Shown here one piece after another: positions 28,491 to 47,448 of a stretch of 64,000 nucleotides of DNA. The DNA comes from the human T2T-CHM13v2.0 reference genome, Homo sapiens, in the NCBI RefSeq assembly GCF_009914755.1, contig NC_060931.1. One strand, given 5' to 3'. The notes under the pieces were generated by a model, which ran no database searches, was not told the DNA's origin, and saw only the letters and a program-made list of their open reading frames with translations. The position numbers and the translations under genes are program-made. Position 1 is the first letter of the stretch, and every line of letters begins with the position of its first letter.

Positions 28491-29393
28491 CTTTGGGGGA
28501 CCCGGTGAGGTGGCTCATGCCTGCTACCCCAGCACTTTGGGAGGCCAAGGCGGGTAGATCACTTGAGGTCAGGAATTTGAAGCCAGCCTGGCCAACATGG
28601 CAAAACCCCCTCTCCACTAAAAATGCAAAAAAATTAGTTGGGCATAGTGTGCACGCCTGTAGTCTCAGCTACTCAGGAGGTTAAGGCAGAGAATTGCCTG
28701 AACTCGGGAGGCAGAGGTTGCAGTGGGCCGAGATCGCGCCACTGCACTCCAGCCTGGGCAACAGTGTGAGACTCTGTCTCAAAAAAAAAAAAAAAAAAAA
28801 AAAGGGAAAAGGAAAATACATAACTATGGTGGTGTGTGCTTGTAACTACTTGGGAGGCTGAAGTGGGGTTGGGCCCAGGAGGTCCAAGCTGCAGTGAACT
28901 GTGATGGTGCCATTGCACTCCAGCCTGGGCAACAGAGCCAGATACTGTCTTAAGGAAAAAAAAAAAAGATACTAATCTTTTGTTGGCTATATGTGTTACA
29001 AATATTGTTCCCCAGTGTATGACATATCTTTTCACTCTCCTAATGATATTTTTTGATGAGGTGACTTTCTTCCCCCAGTATTTTTTTCAATTACATTTCT
29101 CAAATTGAGAAACAATTTACATTTCCAGCCAATGTATCTGCAGAAAAAAACCAAACAAACAGGGGGATGGGGCTCAGTAAGTCATGCCTGTAATCCCAGA
29201 ACTTTGGAAGGCTGAGGCGGGCAGATCACTTGAGGTCAGGAGTTCAAGACCAGCCTGGTCAATATGGTGAAACCCTATCTCTACTAAAAGTACACAAATT
29301 AGCTGGGCATGGTGGCCCCCACCTGTAATCCCAGCTACTCAGGAGGCTGAGGCAGGAAAATCACTTGAACCCAGGAGGCGGAGGTTGCAGTGA

Positions 29394-29795
<402 letters not shown>

Positions 29796-30191
29796 TGAGC
29801 CACCGTGCCCGGCCTTTTTATTTTTATTTTTATTTTTTAGACAGGGTCTCGCTCCTGTTACACAGGCTGGAATGCAGTGGTGCACTTAAGGCTCACTGCA
29901 GCCTTGACCTCCCAGGCTCAAGCCATCCTCCCACCTCACCCTCCAAGTAGCTGGGATTACAGGTGTGTGCTACGATGCCAAGCTAATTTTTGTATTTTTT
30001 GTAAAGACAGGGTTTCACCATGGCCAGGCTTGTCTGAAGCTTCTGAGCTCTAGCAATCCACCTGCCTCGGCCTCCCAAACTGTTGGGATTACAGGTGTGA
30101 GCCACCCTGCCCAACCTGTTCAGTGAGTTTTGACAATCATGTACAACCACGAGGTAACCATAAACCAAGATAAAGACTTCCATCATCATAG

Positions 30192-30492
<301 letters not shown>

Positions 30493-30508
30493 TGAATTCC
30501 TGACCTCA

Positions 30509-31176
<668 letters not shown>

Positions 31177-31391
31177 TCAAAAATAAATAAATAAATAAAT
31201 AAAATAAAATAAAACCTTTTAAATTTGAACTTTTTTTTTTTTGAGATGGAGTCTCACTCTGTCACCCAGGCTGGAGTGCAGTGGCACGATCTCGACTCAC
31301 TGCAATCTCCGCCTCCCGGTTTCATGCCATTCTCCTGCCTCAGCCTCCTGAGTAGCTGAGACTACAGGCGCACTCCACCACGCCTGGCTAA

Positions 31392-31729
<338 letters not shown>

Positions 31730-32940
31730 TAGCTTAGGCTGGAGTGCGGTGGTGCAATCTCGGCTCACTGCAACCTCTGCCTCCCGGGTTTAAGTGATTC
31801 TCCTGCCTCAGCCTCCTGAGTAGCTAGGATTACAGGTGCACACCACCACGCTGGGCTAATTTTTGTATTTTTAGCAGAGACTGGGTTTCACCATGTTGGT
31901 CAGGCTGGTCTTGAACTCCTGACCTGGTGATCCGCCTGCCTCGGCCTCCCAAAGTCCTGGGATTACAGGCATGAGTCACCATGCCTGGCTAATTTTTGTA
32001 TTTTTATTAGAGATGGGATTTCACCATGTTGGCCAGGCTGGTCTCGAACATCTGACCTCAAGGGATCTGTCTGCCTCAGCCTCCCAAAATGCTGGGATTA
32101 CAGGCGTGAGCCACTACACCTGGCCTTTTTTTTTAGACTTGATGTTGTTTTTTTGCCCATGCTGGTCTCGAACTTCTGGCCTCAAATGATTCACCTGCCT
32201 GGGCCTCCCAAAATGGTAGGATTACATGCATGAGCCACCGAGCTCAGCTCGCTTTTTGCTTTTAATTTTGGTAAGGCCAGGAAACACAGTCGATGACACC
32301 TCTGCTTGATGTGGCAGGCCCTCATTTGGCCTTCGTCCTCGGTGAACGGCCTCCATCTCCAGATATGGGGCATCTGTGGCTTTACCCTTGGCTCTCATAG
32401 CCCCATCTCTTTAAAAAAAATTTTTTTTTTAACTTTTTTTGTTGTTTTGTTTTTGAGACAAAGCCTGTTGCCCAGGCTGGAGTGCAATGGCACAATCAGG
32501 GCTCACTGCAGCCTCAACCTGTGGGTAGTCCTCCTCAATCACCCACAGCCCTGTTGAATAGCTCTTTCACTCCTGTCCATGGGGCTGGTGAGAGAGAAGG
32601 GCAGGTCCGTGTGAATCTGGAGTTCTCTGACAGAAAAACAACCCAGTCCACATTTCCCCAGGGCAGGGGTGGGGGATGGTGGCAGGGTGAGGGGCACTGG
32701 AATCAGCTCTATAGCAGGAGGGACAACCTGTTGTGAGGTTCCGGTTTCAGATCTTAAGTGTGTGGTCTTTTAGGATTATACTGGGGCAGGAAGGGGTGAT
32801 GGGCAGAGGACGAGGAGAGCAAGAGGGACCGGTAAGGAGCCCAGGGCTGATCAAACGTCAGACAGTTTGCTCCCTGGCCTGCTGCCAGCATCTGTTCATG
32901 CCAGAAAGAAGTCAGAGGTTGGGCTGCTGAACTCCAGCTA

Positions 32941-34532
<1,592 letters not shown>

Positions 34533-34871
34533 ACTTTTGCTTTTCTTATGAACCTTTGCACAGGTCTCCGGCTTCCACTCATCTTGTCCTTCCCAAAGCC
34601 CACTCCCACAGCTTGCTTGGCTCCTCAGGGTCTTTGGGGCCTGCCGTGTACCGCTTTGGATTTGCTTTTCAAGCCTATGCAAGGTATCCAGAGCAATGGG
34701 ACTTAAAAGAAAAAAGACCAGGTCAGGCGTGGTGGCTCATGCCTTTAATCTCAACACTTTGGGAGGCTGAGGCAGGAGGATTTTTTGAACCTAGGAGTTC
34801 AAGAACAGCCCTGGTGGCTGGTGGCTTACGCCTGTAATCCCAGCACTTTGAAGGCCGAGGTGGGTGGATCA

Positions 34872-35169
<298 letters not shown>

Positions 35170-35485
35170 TTACCAGCTTTGATATGCCTGAGGGTGTGAC
35201 CCCTGTGGCCCTGGATGCTGTCACTTGTTTCATTGATATTCCTTTTTTTTTTTTTTTTTTTTTGAGACAGTGTCTCACTCTGTTGCCCGGGCTGGAGTGC
35301 ACTGGCGTGATCTCAGCTCATTGCAACCTCTGCCTCCTGGGTTCAAGTGATCCTCCCACGTCAGCCTCCTGAGTGGCTGAGATTACAGGTGCCCGCCACC
35401 ACACCTGGCTAATTTTTGTATTTTTAGTAGAGATGGGGGTTTGCCATGTTGGCCATGCTGGTCTCGAGCTCCTGACCTTAAGTGA

Positions 35486-35845
<360 letters not shown>

Positions 35846-36292
35846 TAAAAGAAAACCATGTTTATTTGAGAATAGCCATTGCAATGGTAATACACAGGAC
35901 ATAGTAAAAACTATGTGCTGCATATTCAAGGAGGTAAAGGAAGACAGGGTTTTTAAAGGAAAAGTAGGGAGGATCACATTGTTTTGAGATCATTATCCTT
36001 GGCTACAAGGATCCATAACTAGGCTGGCGCCAGTCTGAGGCTGGACAGGCAGTTGCTGGGCAGATGTCCTCACACAAGTATTTTGTGTGTCTGTGTGGCT
36101 CCATTTTGATTCTGGCAACTTTCACATGGTCATTTGTGAACGTTTGTTAGGCTGTACACTAATATCTGTATGTGTATTTTTAAAGTATGTATATTTTGGC
36201 AGGGCGTGGTGGCTCACACCTGTAATCCCAGCACTTTGGGAGCCAAGGCGGGCGGATCACCTGAGGTCAGGAGTTTGAGACCAGCCTGGTCA

Positions 36293-36544
<252 letters not shown>

Positions 36545-36906
36545 TTAAGATGGGGCAAGTGTGCTAAGATACTTGTACAAAGATGCTGTTTTCGATGTTA
36601 TGATGTTAAAAACTGGAAACGTCCTGCATGTATAAAGAGCCAAAGGCTGATGAACTAATAGCTTTTAGTATCCCCACAGAATGGAATATTATGCAGTCAT
36701 TGGGAATGTTGATAAAGATGTACATTTATTTGCTTGGAGTTATTAAGTAAACAATATAATGCGAAATAAGTTAAAAAAAGAAAGTATATTCCAAAAAGTG
36801 TCCCTTTCTGGGCAATATACAAATATGCAGACTATTAAGAAAGTTGACTAGTCTGAGGAGCTTGCTAGATACATATATTCCTGAGCCCACACACAAACTT
36901 GACTAA

Positions 36907-37218
<312 letters not shown>

Positions 37219-38213
37219 TGATCTTGAACTCCTGACCTCAGGTGATCCACCTGCCTGCCTTGGCCTCTCAAAGTGCTGGGATTATAGGCATGAGCCATTG
37301 CGCCCGGCCAGGCAGGTTAATTTTTATGCACAGCCTGGTTTCTACCATTCTGGGAGCATCTTTGAGAATTTGATGTAAACTGTGGATCTTCACCTCTGAA
37401 AAAGTAATGGACACACCAAAGCCTGGGTAGAACTTGGAGGGGCGAGGGGGTCCATAACTCCAGCTAAGAGGAAGGATGAGAGGTCACCTCCCCTCATTTT
37501 CCTCATTTCTATTTATCCTCGGAAGGCCCCTTGCTCCCGCTCCCTAAAGGTTGAGAACCCCTGCCAGGCAGTATGGCCCCTCTGGGCCATTGTTGAGGTC
37601 GGCGCCCCTCCCTTTTGTGTTTCTGTGAGGGTCGCTGGTGAGAGCTGAGGGCAGGGGTCACCTGGTAGTGGCCCTGAGGCTTGCTCTGAGAACCTGCCTC
37701 AGCTGTGTTCGGGGCTTTTCCTGCCTCCCCGCTGTCCCTGCTGTCCCCACTGTCCCCGCTGCAGGACAGCTCTTAGGTCGCCCTGAGGTTTTTGGCCTTC
37801 TCCACACCCTCCCTGCTTCTGGTCCAGAAAACGCAAGCTGCCTCTCTGGCTGCACACGGCTCATGACGCCGCCCCAGCGTTCTCACCCTCCATCTTGTTA
37901 CCATCAGCCGCAAAAGGTCCCCCCGCCCCCCACCGTGTACAGGCAGTGCACATCCACTATTGCATTAATGCTGCTCTGGGCCCCTGGAATGAGATGGGAA
38001 TGGGATCAAAGTTGTGGCTATGTGTTGGAAGGTGGGCCGTGAGCAGTGTCGTAAACTTGAAGACCCCTAGAACAGTTTACTGACCTCTTTTTGTGTGTGT
38101 GCCTCTAAAAGCCAGGGACTACTCAGGCAGTGGACAGTTCCATGGCTTCTTCTAAGAGAACAAGGCAGTCAAGAAGAGTCAGGTCCATTTGGGAAGAGAG
38201 ACGTCCATGGCCT

Positions 38214-38232
38214 CGGCCACCAGGTGGCATCA
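38214..38232 (+). promoter_or_regulatory. Candidate CTCF site
   Basis: CGGCCACCAGGTGGCATCA matches core CCASYAGRKGGCRS at 13/14 positions; unique sequence. Confidence 0.6.
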
Positions 38233-38544
38233 CTGTCCCTTCTGGAAGAGCAGCGTGTCTGGGAAGCCACATCCGTCTACAGCTCCCGTTCCTCCCTAGC
38301 CTCCACTCTAGGGCAAGGGCCCAGCCTTTCACTAGGAGGCCTCACTCCCTGAACCCGAGGCACCGGCTCCGCCTCCTCCCCTCACAGTCCTCATGTGTCG
38401 TCAGTCCCGCTCCGAGGAGCACCTCATTTCTGTTGCCCATCACCACTCCTCTTAGCTCCATTGCTGAGCGGCCGGATGGGACGAACGAGGGGAACGTGTA
38501 GGGCAGGACAGGCTCCTCTTGGCCTTGGCATAATAAACAGAAAA

Positions 38545-38837
38545 CCCACACATTTTTCTTACTTTTAATATCTAAGATAAAAAAAAAAACCCAACCACCA
38601 AAACAACCCATTTGCATGTCGGCGACACGCCTGGTCTCGGGCTCCCTTTCTGGGGCTGTCCTCCCAGGCGGCTCCCAGGTCCTCATCCAGGGAAGAGCCC
38701 AGCCTCGGCCAGAAGCCACCGCGGCCTCCAGTTCCGCACCGTGACAACCTGGGACCCAGCCTTTCAGAAAGGCCACCAGGAACTGTTTTTAAAGCATAGG
38801 GCTGCACTAGGAGGAAGTTTTCCCTTGAGGCTGAGAG
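38545..38837 (-). other. DENND2A: DENND2A 3'UTR (distal end approximate)
   Basis: Repeat-free sequence from the stop codon to just past ATTAAA; a U-tract lies upstream and a GU-rich tract (tgtgtgggttttctgttt) downstream. Confidence 0.75.
38564..38569 (-). terminator. Polyadenylation signal ATTAAA of DENND2A
   Basis: tttaat on + strand; on the minus strand it has a U-rich upstream element and a GU-rich downstream element. Confidence 0.75.
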
Positions 38838-38869
38838 TTATTTCTTGTGGAGAAATTTCATTTTATTGC
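38838..38869 (-). CDS. DENND2A: DENND2A terminal coding segment: (G)NKMKFLHKK-stop
   Basis: Acceptor ttttttttag|GC AAT AAA ATG AAA TTT CTC CAC AAG AAA TAA; matches the DENND2-family C-terminus as I recall it. Confidence 0.94.
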
Positions 38870-39762
38870 CTAAAAAAAAGGAAAATGAGAACATTTCACA
38901 AGGCAGACAAAGGAGGGTGAGATAAATCTTGCCCTTTCCACCCAGAAGTGGTGCGGGTAACGGGGCCCCCACGCCACCCCAGGGAGCCTCATCCCTTGCT
39001 CTGGAGAAGCCAAAGGGGCTTTGTTCTTTCCAGAGATCCCCGTGGGGTCTTCCTCAGACTTGAGGGGGTTTGAAAGGAAGACCATCAGAGCTGTCTAGGA
39101 GGGCTGGCTGCTTCTGTGGTAATAAAGGAAGCACCGAATTAACACATCCCTCAGGAGCCAGGGGAGGAGAAAGTGCCCAGCAATGCTGTGTGTATTTAAA
39201 ACACTCTGCTTCCAGGTAGCCCTCCGTCCTGCAGGAGGCACAGATATGGCGCCCTTCACAGGCCCTCTGGGAGGGCCTCATTGCTGCAGACACCTCCCTA
39301 CTGGGGCCTCCGTCCTCTTTTTTGGCTGTCTTCATTCTCCCTTTCCCTTTAAGGGCCTTTTCACTGATTAAACTACAGTCCTTGTAAGTGTCACGTTTCT
39401 ACTTTCCAGAGGAATTTGGACACCAGTGCGAGTCTTTCTTGCCAGACGTCCTTGTCTGGTTCCCGCCATGCTCCCTCAGCTCAGTTCCTCTGAGATTTAA
39501 CAGTGCAGGAGATCATAGAGAAAGAAGACAGCAAGAAAGCCCGGGGACCCAGAAAAGGAGGTGCTGGGGGCAGCGTTTCCTTTGTTTTCTCTTTGGGGAC
39601 AGATTAGAACAGGAGGTTAAAATGCCAGTAGCATCTGCCCAGCGCAGGCCGTAGAGCTCTGCATTATTCAGGGCGCTGGCTCCAGTGGAGGGAACCGGCT
39701 GGGACTCCGAGACAGACAGCTCAGAGGCACACAGGCTGGGCACCCAGAGCCCGGGGCCTTAC

Positions 39763-39849
39763 CTAGTCCCTTCAGGAACTTATTGACACCGCTGTGCTCT
39801 CCACTGGGGAGTGTTTCCAGATACTCTTGGGCTCGGACCTCAAACAGAC
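39763..39849 (-). CDS. DENND2A: DENND2A penultimate coding exon: (G)LFEVRAQEYLETLPSGEHSGVNKFLKGL(G)
   Basis: 87 nt; acceptor ttaacag|GT, donor CTAG|gtaagg; phase 1-1. Confidence 0.95.
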
Positions 39850-40091
39850 CTGTTAACAAGAGAAATCCCAGCCATTTGAGTTCTTGGTCTTTGCACTTCT
39901 AAATGTGTCCATTTCCTCCCTACCAGAGAAAAGAGAAACCTTGTTTCTGAGACTAAGCTGCTCCTATAAACATGCTCTGAATCAGGAGGTTTTATAAGGA
40001 TTTTATTGCTCTTATAATTGCCCCACCTGTGCAGTAACTCCCTTTGGAAAGCTATAAAGCCACCTCATAGATGAAATCCTATTTTTATTCA

Positions 40092-40541
<450 letters not shown>

Positions 40542-40816
40542 TTAGTTTTCCAGGAGTCCCTCTGTGGAGGTGTGGAGGGAGGATGGCTGGATAGGCCATC
40601 TCTTAAGCCGCTTCTCAGACCCCTGGGGTCTGAGCTTCAGGCACTCTGTCTTCATTGCTGACTGATCTTTCATGGACAGAGGGTTCTTTCCAGGGTTTTT
40701 TTTTTTTGAGATAGAGTTTCGCTGTGTCACCCAGGCTGGAGTGTAATGGTGCCACTGTGGCTCACTGCAAGCTCTGCCTCCTGGGTTCAAGCGCTTCTCC
40801 TGCCTCAGCCTCCTGA

Positions 40817-41185
<369 letters not shown>

Positions 41186-41985
41186 TAGTAGAGACAGGGT
41201 TTCACCACGTTGGCCAGGTTGATTTCCAACTCCTGACCTCAGGTGATCCGCCTGCCTTGGCCTCCGAAAGTGCTGGGATTACAGGCGTGAGCCACCATGC
41301 CCGGCTTCCAGTAGCTTTTAAGCTTGTGTGTCTCACACCTCTCTTACCAAGTGATCTGTAAAGAGAGATTTAAATGTAACTCATACTCTCCAATCAGTTT
41401 TCTTTTTCTTTCTTTTTTTTTTGTGACGGAGTCTCACTCTCTCAACCAGGCTGGAGTGCAGTGACATGATCTCGGCTTATTGCAACTTCCACCTCCCAGG
41501 CTCAAGTGATCCTCCCACCTCAGTCTCCTGAGGAGCTGGGACCACAGGCACACACCATCACACCGATCTAATTTTTTAAAACATTTTTGTAGAAAAGGGG
41601 TTGCACCATGTTGTCCAGGCTGGTCTTGAACTCCTGACCTCAAGTGATCTGCATGCCTTGGCCTCCCAAAGTGCTGGGATTATAGGCGTGAGTCACCCAC
41701 TGTGCCCAGCCTGAGAATTTCATCAATTTGGAAAGAATGGGATAGAAGGAGACCCTGCCACAGACACTGGAATGTGGTTCTGGGAGAGGCTGGCAGAGGG
41801 AACAGAGAAGCCAGGAGAGGGGGCCTTCCTACCAGCTCAGTCAGGGCATAACTGCAAGCTCTCTGGGGGAGATGGACACAGTCCTGTCTGTGCCCCTGCC
41901 CTGTGATCTTTCTCCCTACTCATCAGCCGCCTGGAATATAGGGAGCTCTAGCTGACTCGGCCCCAACAGAGAAGATGCCCCTCAC

Positions 41986-42231
41986 CTTTGGCATCCTGCC
42001 GGCGCAGCTCCCGCTCCTGGATGAAGCCCCGAAACATCTGAGTCTCCATGAAGACCTCCAGGAAGTGGCGGAGGCTCTTGGAGGAGACAGCTTTGCGGAA
42101 GGCCTCCCGCTGCAGGGTTCTCTCCTCACGCTCGCCCGACGTCAGGAACAAAGAGTAGTGTCCCACAATCTCCACGAAGAAGCGGACAAAGGCTTCAGAC
42201 ACCACCTCGTTCAAGGGGCTGGACTCTGGAC
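41986..42231 (-). CDS. DENND2A: DENND2A coding exon, dDENN domain: (G)PESSPLNEVVSEAFVRFFVEIVGHY...FLEVFMETQMFRGFIQERELRRQDAK(G)
   Basis: 246 nt; acceptor ttactcag|GT, donor AAAG|gtgagg; phase 1-1; dDENN motifs AFxRFF..GHY and FxETQMF..FI. Confidence 0.96.
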
Positions 42232-42420
42232 CTGAGTAAGGGGAGGAAAGGCCAGGAACGGTGAGGGCAGACAGGCTGGGCCAGAGCCCTTGAGACAAGC
42301 CAATTGGTAATCAAAGAACAGTAACTGCTAGTTCCCTTGATGGAAACTGCGATTATCCAGGAGGAGGGTTACCCAGGTTATTAAGACATTTCTTTCCATG
42401 CTTAATTTTTTAAATTTTAA

Positions 42421-42681
<261 letters not shown>

Positions 42682-43056
42682 TGATCTGCCCACCTCGGCC
42701 TCCCAAAGTGCTGGGATTACAGGGATGAGCCTCTGTGCCCAGCCTTTTATTTTTTTTGAGATAGAGTCTTGCTCTGTCTCCCAGGCTGGAGTGCAGTGGT
42801 GTGATCTCGGTCCACTGCAACCTCTGCCTCCTAGATCAAGCGATTCTCCTGCTTCAGACTCCCGAGTAGCTGGGATTACAGGCGCTTGCCACTATGGCCA
42901 GCTAATTTTTGTATTTTCAGTAGAGACGTGTTTTCACCATATTGGCCAGGCTGGTTTCGAACTCTTGACTTCAGGTGATCCACCTGCCTCGGCCTCCCAA
43001 AGTGCTGGGATTACAGGTGTGAGCTGCTGTGCCTGGCCACAGTTTTTAATTTTTGA

Positions 43057-43299
<243 letters not shown>

Positions 43300-43437
43300 T
43301 AAACAGAATGAGGCCCTGGTTTCTCTCCTTATGTCTCCCTTGCCCATATTCCTACTTGGCCCTTGGCCACTGCCCATTTGTTCCCTGACCCTCAGAGTGG
43401 AAGGGAGAGACCCACTGGGAGGTGGCTGAACACTTAC

Positions 43438-43555
43438 CGTGCCTGCCGTCTAGGGGCCCTTCGTCCTGCTCACAAGCCAGCTCGTTCCTCTGTTCCAGAA
43501 TGTGTTCCAGGGCCACCTGAAGCTTCCGGGGCAGGATGGAGTCCTCATCGTCCAT
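43438..43555 (-). CDS. DENND2A: DENND2A coding exon: MDDEDSILPRKLQVALEHILEQRNELACEQDEGPLDGRH(G)
   Basis: 118 nt; acceptor ttccag|ATG, donor CACG|gtaagt; phase 0-1. Confidence 0.95.
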
Positions 43556-43727
43556 CTGGAAAGCAGAGGTAGCAGGTGGGCTTATGGGCACGGTGGCTGC
43601 GTCTTGGCCATAGGACACACTGGAGCCACTGCAGGGCAGGCCTGGCTCAGTCTCCAGTTTCATGGAAGGAATACAACTGAAAGCCAGAGGTCTGAGGTTT
43701 CAATCTTGAGCCTACTTTTTTTTTTGA

Positions 43728-44082
<355 letters not shown>

Positions 44083-44644
44083 TGAAGCTACAATGGACTA
44101 CAATTACCCTGTGAAAGGGCTTGGCACTGAGAGGATACTCAATAGATGATTTCCACTGCTCCATCCTGTAGGGTAGCTAGTGGATTCTGGTAACCAGGGG
44201 ATTCTGGCCAGGGCAGATGGCCTGTGTGATCTAAGGCTGGCTTTGGGATCAGGGCCTCAGAGCAGGAGGGTCTTGGGAAGGGCCTACCCTGTGGGCCTTG
44301 AGGAAGTGAAAGTAATGATAAAAAACAGCATTAATGCTACTGAACTTTTCAGCAGTGTGGCAACACTTGGAAGTAATCCATCAGAATGCCCAGAGAAATT
44401 TTCTGTAATTACTATAATTACTTCTTGCAAAATCTGATAGAAGTTAGGCCTCTCTAGCAAATGATAAAAAGAAAATACATGTGTGTTACCTTCTCTGCTA
44501 GTGAAAGTAACTGATGATCATTATAAAAATATATGAATGTACTAAAACAATTTAAAATCACTCATAATCTGTCTCCTTTCAGTTTCCCTCCCCAAGACAA
44601 CAAGCGTTAATGTTTTAGTGGGTTTTCCTTTCAGTCCTTTTAAA

Positions 44645-44688
44645 GTGCACGTGCGTGCGCGCACACACACACACACGTATATACATAT
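44645..44688. repeat. 44-bp alternating purine-pyrimidine tract (GT/GC/CA/TA)
   Basis: gtgcacgtgcgtgcgcgcacacacacacacacgtatatacatat. Confidence 0.9.
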
Positions 44689-44935
44689 TTTTTTTCCTGT
44701 CTCTTCTCTCTTTTTTTTTTCTTCAGGAAAGGGTTTCACACTGTCTCTCGGGCTGGAGTACAGTGGCACGATCTCAGCTCACTGCAGCCTTGACCTCCCA
44801 GGCTTAAGTGATCCTCCTGCCTCAGCCTCCTGCGTAGCTGCTGGGACTACAGGTGCATACCAGCAGGCCTGGGTAATTTTTTAATTTTTTTATAGACACA
44901 AGGGTCTCACCATGTTGTCCCAGGCTGGTCTTTAA

Positions 44936-45208
<273 letters not shown>

Positions 45209-45252
45209 TGAGGAGACTGAGGTGGGAAGATCACTTGAGGCCAGGAGTTTGA

Positions 45253-45489
<237 letters not shown>

Positions 45490-45881
45490 TAGTCAGGCTG
45501 GTCTCGAACTCCTGACCTCAGGTGATCCACCTGTCTCAGCCTCCCAAAGTGCTGGGATTACAGGTGTAAGCCACTGCACCCAGCTATTTTTAAAAATGAA
45601 AAATCTAGGTGCCTATAGTTATAAGATTACAAAGAATCTTTTTCTAATTGTTAGAAAACCATTTTGTGTCAGAACACGTAGAAAGCAATCCTTTGCCCAA
45701 ACCCTTCCTTTTTGCCCCTTGCCTTCTGGCTTGTCCTCAGCCCAGCCCCGTCCTGGGGTCACACAGCTCTGCCACCCTGCTCTGCAATCCCAAAGAGCCT
45801 TTCCAAGGCTGGAGAGCTGAGCCCCAAACAACAAATAGGTAAAGACAAAGGGAGCAGGAGGCCGTCGCTGGCCTCACTCAC

Positions 45882-45923
45882 CTGTCTGAGGAACCGGCTG
45901 TTGACGAGGTCAACCACAAGGAC
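45882..45923 (-). CDS. DENND2A: DENND2A 42-nt coding exon: VLVVDLVNSRFLRQ
   Basis: Acceptor ctcatag|GTC, donor CAG|gtgagt; phase 0-0; typical DENN VVDL motif; not seen by the ORF track. Confidence 0.95.
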
Positions 45924-47448
45924 CTATGAGATGAGACGAAAGGGACTGTTACTGTCACCAGGGCTTCTGGGATAGGGATGGACTCATAGCCTTCTTCCTT
46001 CTTGGCATGCAGAGAGGCAGCTGGGGCGGGGCTGGAGGTGAGCCATTTGTGGTTTCCTGACATTGCCACGGTAGCCACAGATAATGAAGAGCAGGGCTGG
46101 GGAGGGTCCTTCCTGAGCTGCATGCTTTCAACACCGACACCGCAGGCTGGGATGCATGTGTGCTGTGGCTGGACTCACCGCCTGGCTTTCACACTGGCTG
46201 AGGCAGAGCTTCTCACGCTGCCTTTTAGGGTGTGGGCTACTGAGGTAGGCAAAAGACGCTGCAGGCCTCCCTGGCTCCCACCCTAGGGCCCCTGCCTTGT
46301 CCTTCCCCCAGCTGCCCACTTAACCGTATCATTTCCCTCCAGGGGAGAGGAGGAGAGAAACCCACCTGCAGACTCGGTTAGGCTTTGGGCTTTCACTGCT
46401 GAAGGCTTTCAGGATAAAGCACTTCCTCCCTCATCCTCAGAGTGAGAATGAGACCTGGGACAGGACCAGGGTGGGGCAAGTGAGGTGCCTGAGGCGCAAA
46501 GGTCCCACAAGTGCTGCTGCTCCTGAGAGCGCGACCCTCACTCAGACCCCAGCCAAGGCCACTGGCCGTGACGGAGGAGGAGCCAGGGGCCTGGATGGTC
46601 ACCATAACAACAGCTGGAAACATGTGAGTTCTCCCATATCCCAGAGACCTGCCCAGGAGCGGAGGGCCACCTCTCCTTCCTTCCCACTCACACCCTCCGG
46701 GGTTGAACTGAGCCACCTGCAGGAGCACAGGGCACCCAGACGAACTCCTGGCTGCCCTCAAGCCTGCACTGAAAGCCCTAAGGCCGGTGGGTGATGTTTA
46801 ATGGGGCGTTAGGACTATCTGGGCAATTAGAGGAGCAGCTTCTAGGGACCCAGACACAAATGCAGGACAGAGGGACAGGCGTTCCTCCTGGAGCTTCAGG
46901 GCTGAGCAACATTATTTAAGCTTCCTTCTCTGACTGCTGAAAGTCCCCAGTCCTCCGGGTCAAAACCATTTAGAGGAAGGGGCTGGGGCTAAGTAACTCC
47001 AGAAGTGCCAAGCAGGACTTTCCCCGCTTCGATGCTAAACTGGACACCCAGAACTTGGGGATTAAAAACATTTGTAACGGATATGACAACGGACCAGATC
47101 TTGCTAGCTCCTCAATGTGGGGGAGTGGGCGAGAGGGCAGGGGAGAGGAGAGGTCTATTAATGACTTAAGAGTTTTGACATCTGGCTAAATTGTTCATTG
47201 CTGACCTTCTCAAGAGGTGCTCATACCAGGCATTTCATTTGGAAGGGAAAACAGTGTTTGCAGTCACTGAGGGTCTGACTGAGTCAGCCTCTGGGCAGGA
47301 CCCATGCCAGACAAAGCCCTGGTGCCCCCACGCCCTGCTCCCCAACACTGCTGGCTCTGAGAACCGCTCCATGATGCCTGCAGAGCCAGCGCCCCGCTCT
47401 GTTCTCCGCACCCTGCAGGGAGGGGGACAGGGCTGAGTGGGAGCTCAC

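Noticed and set aside
37638-39400. + strand ORFs of 85-134 aa around the DENND2A 3' end
   Set aside because: Low-complexity Pro/Ser/Arg-rich frames, mostly with non-ATG starts, no recognisable domain or splice structure
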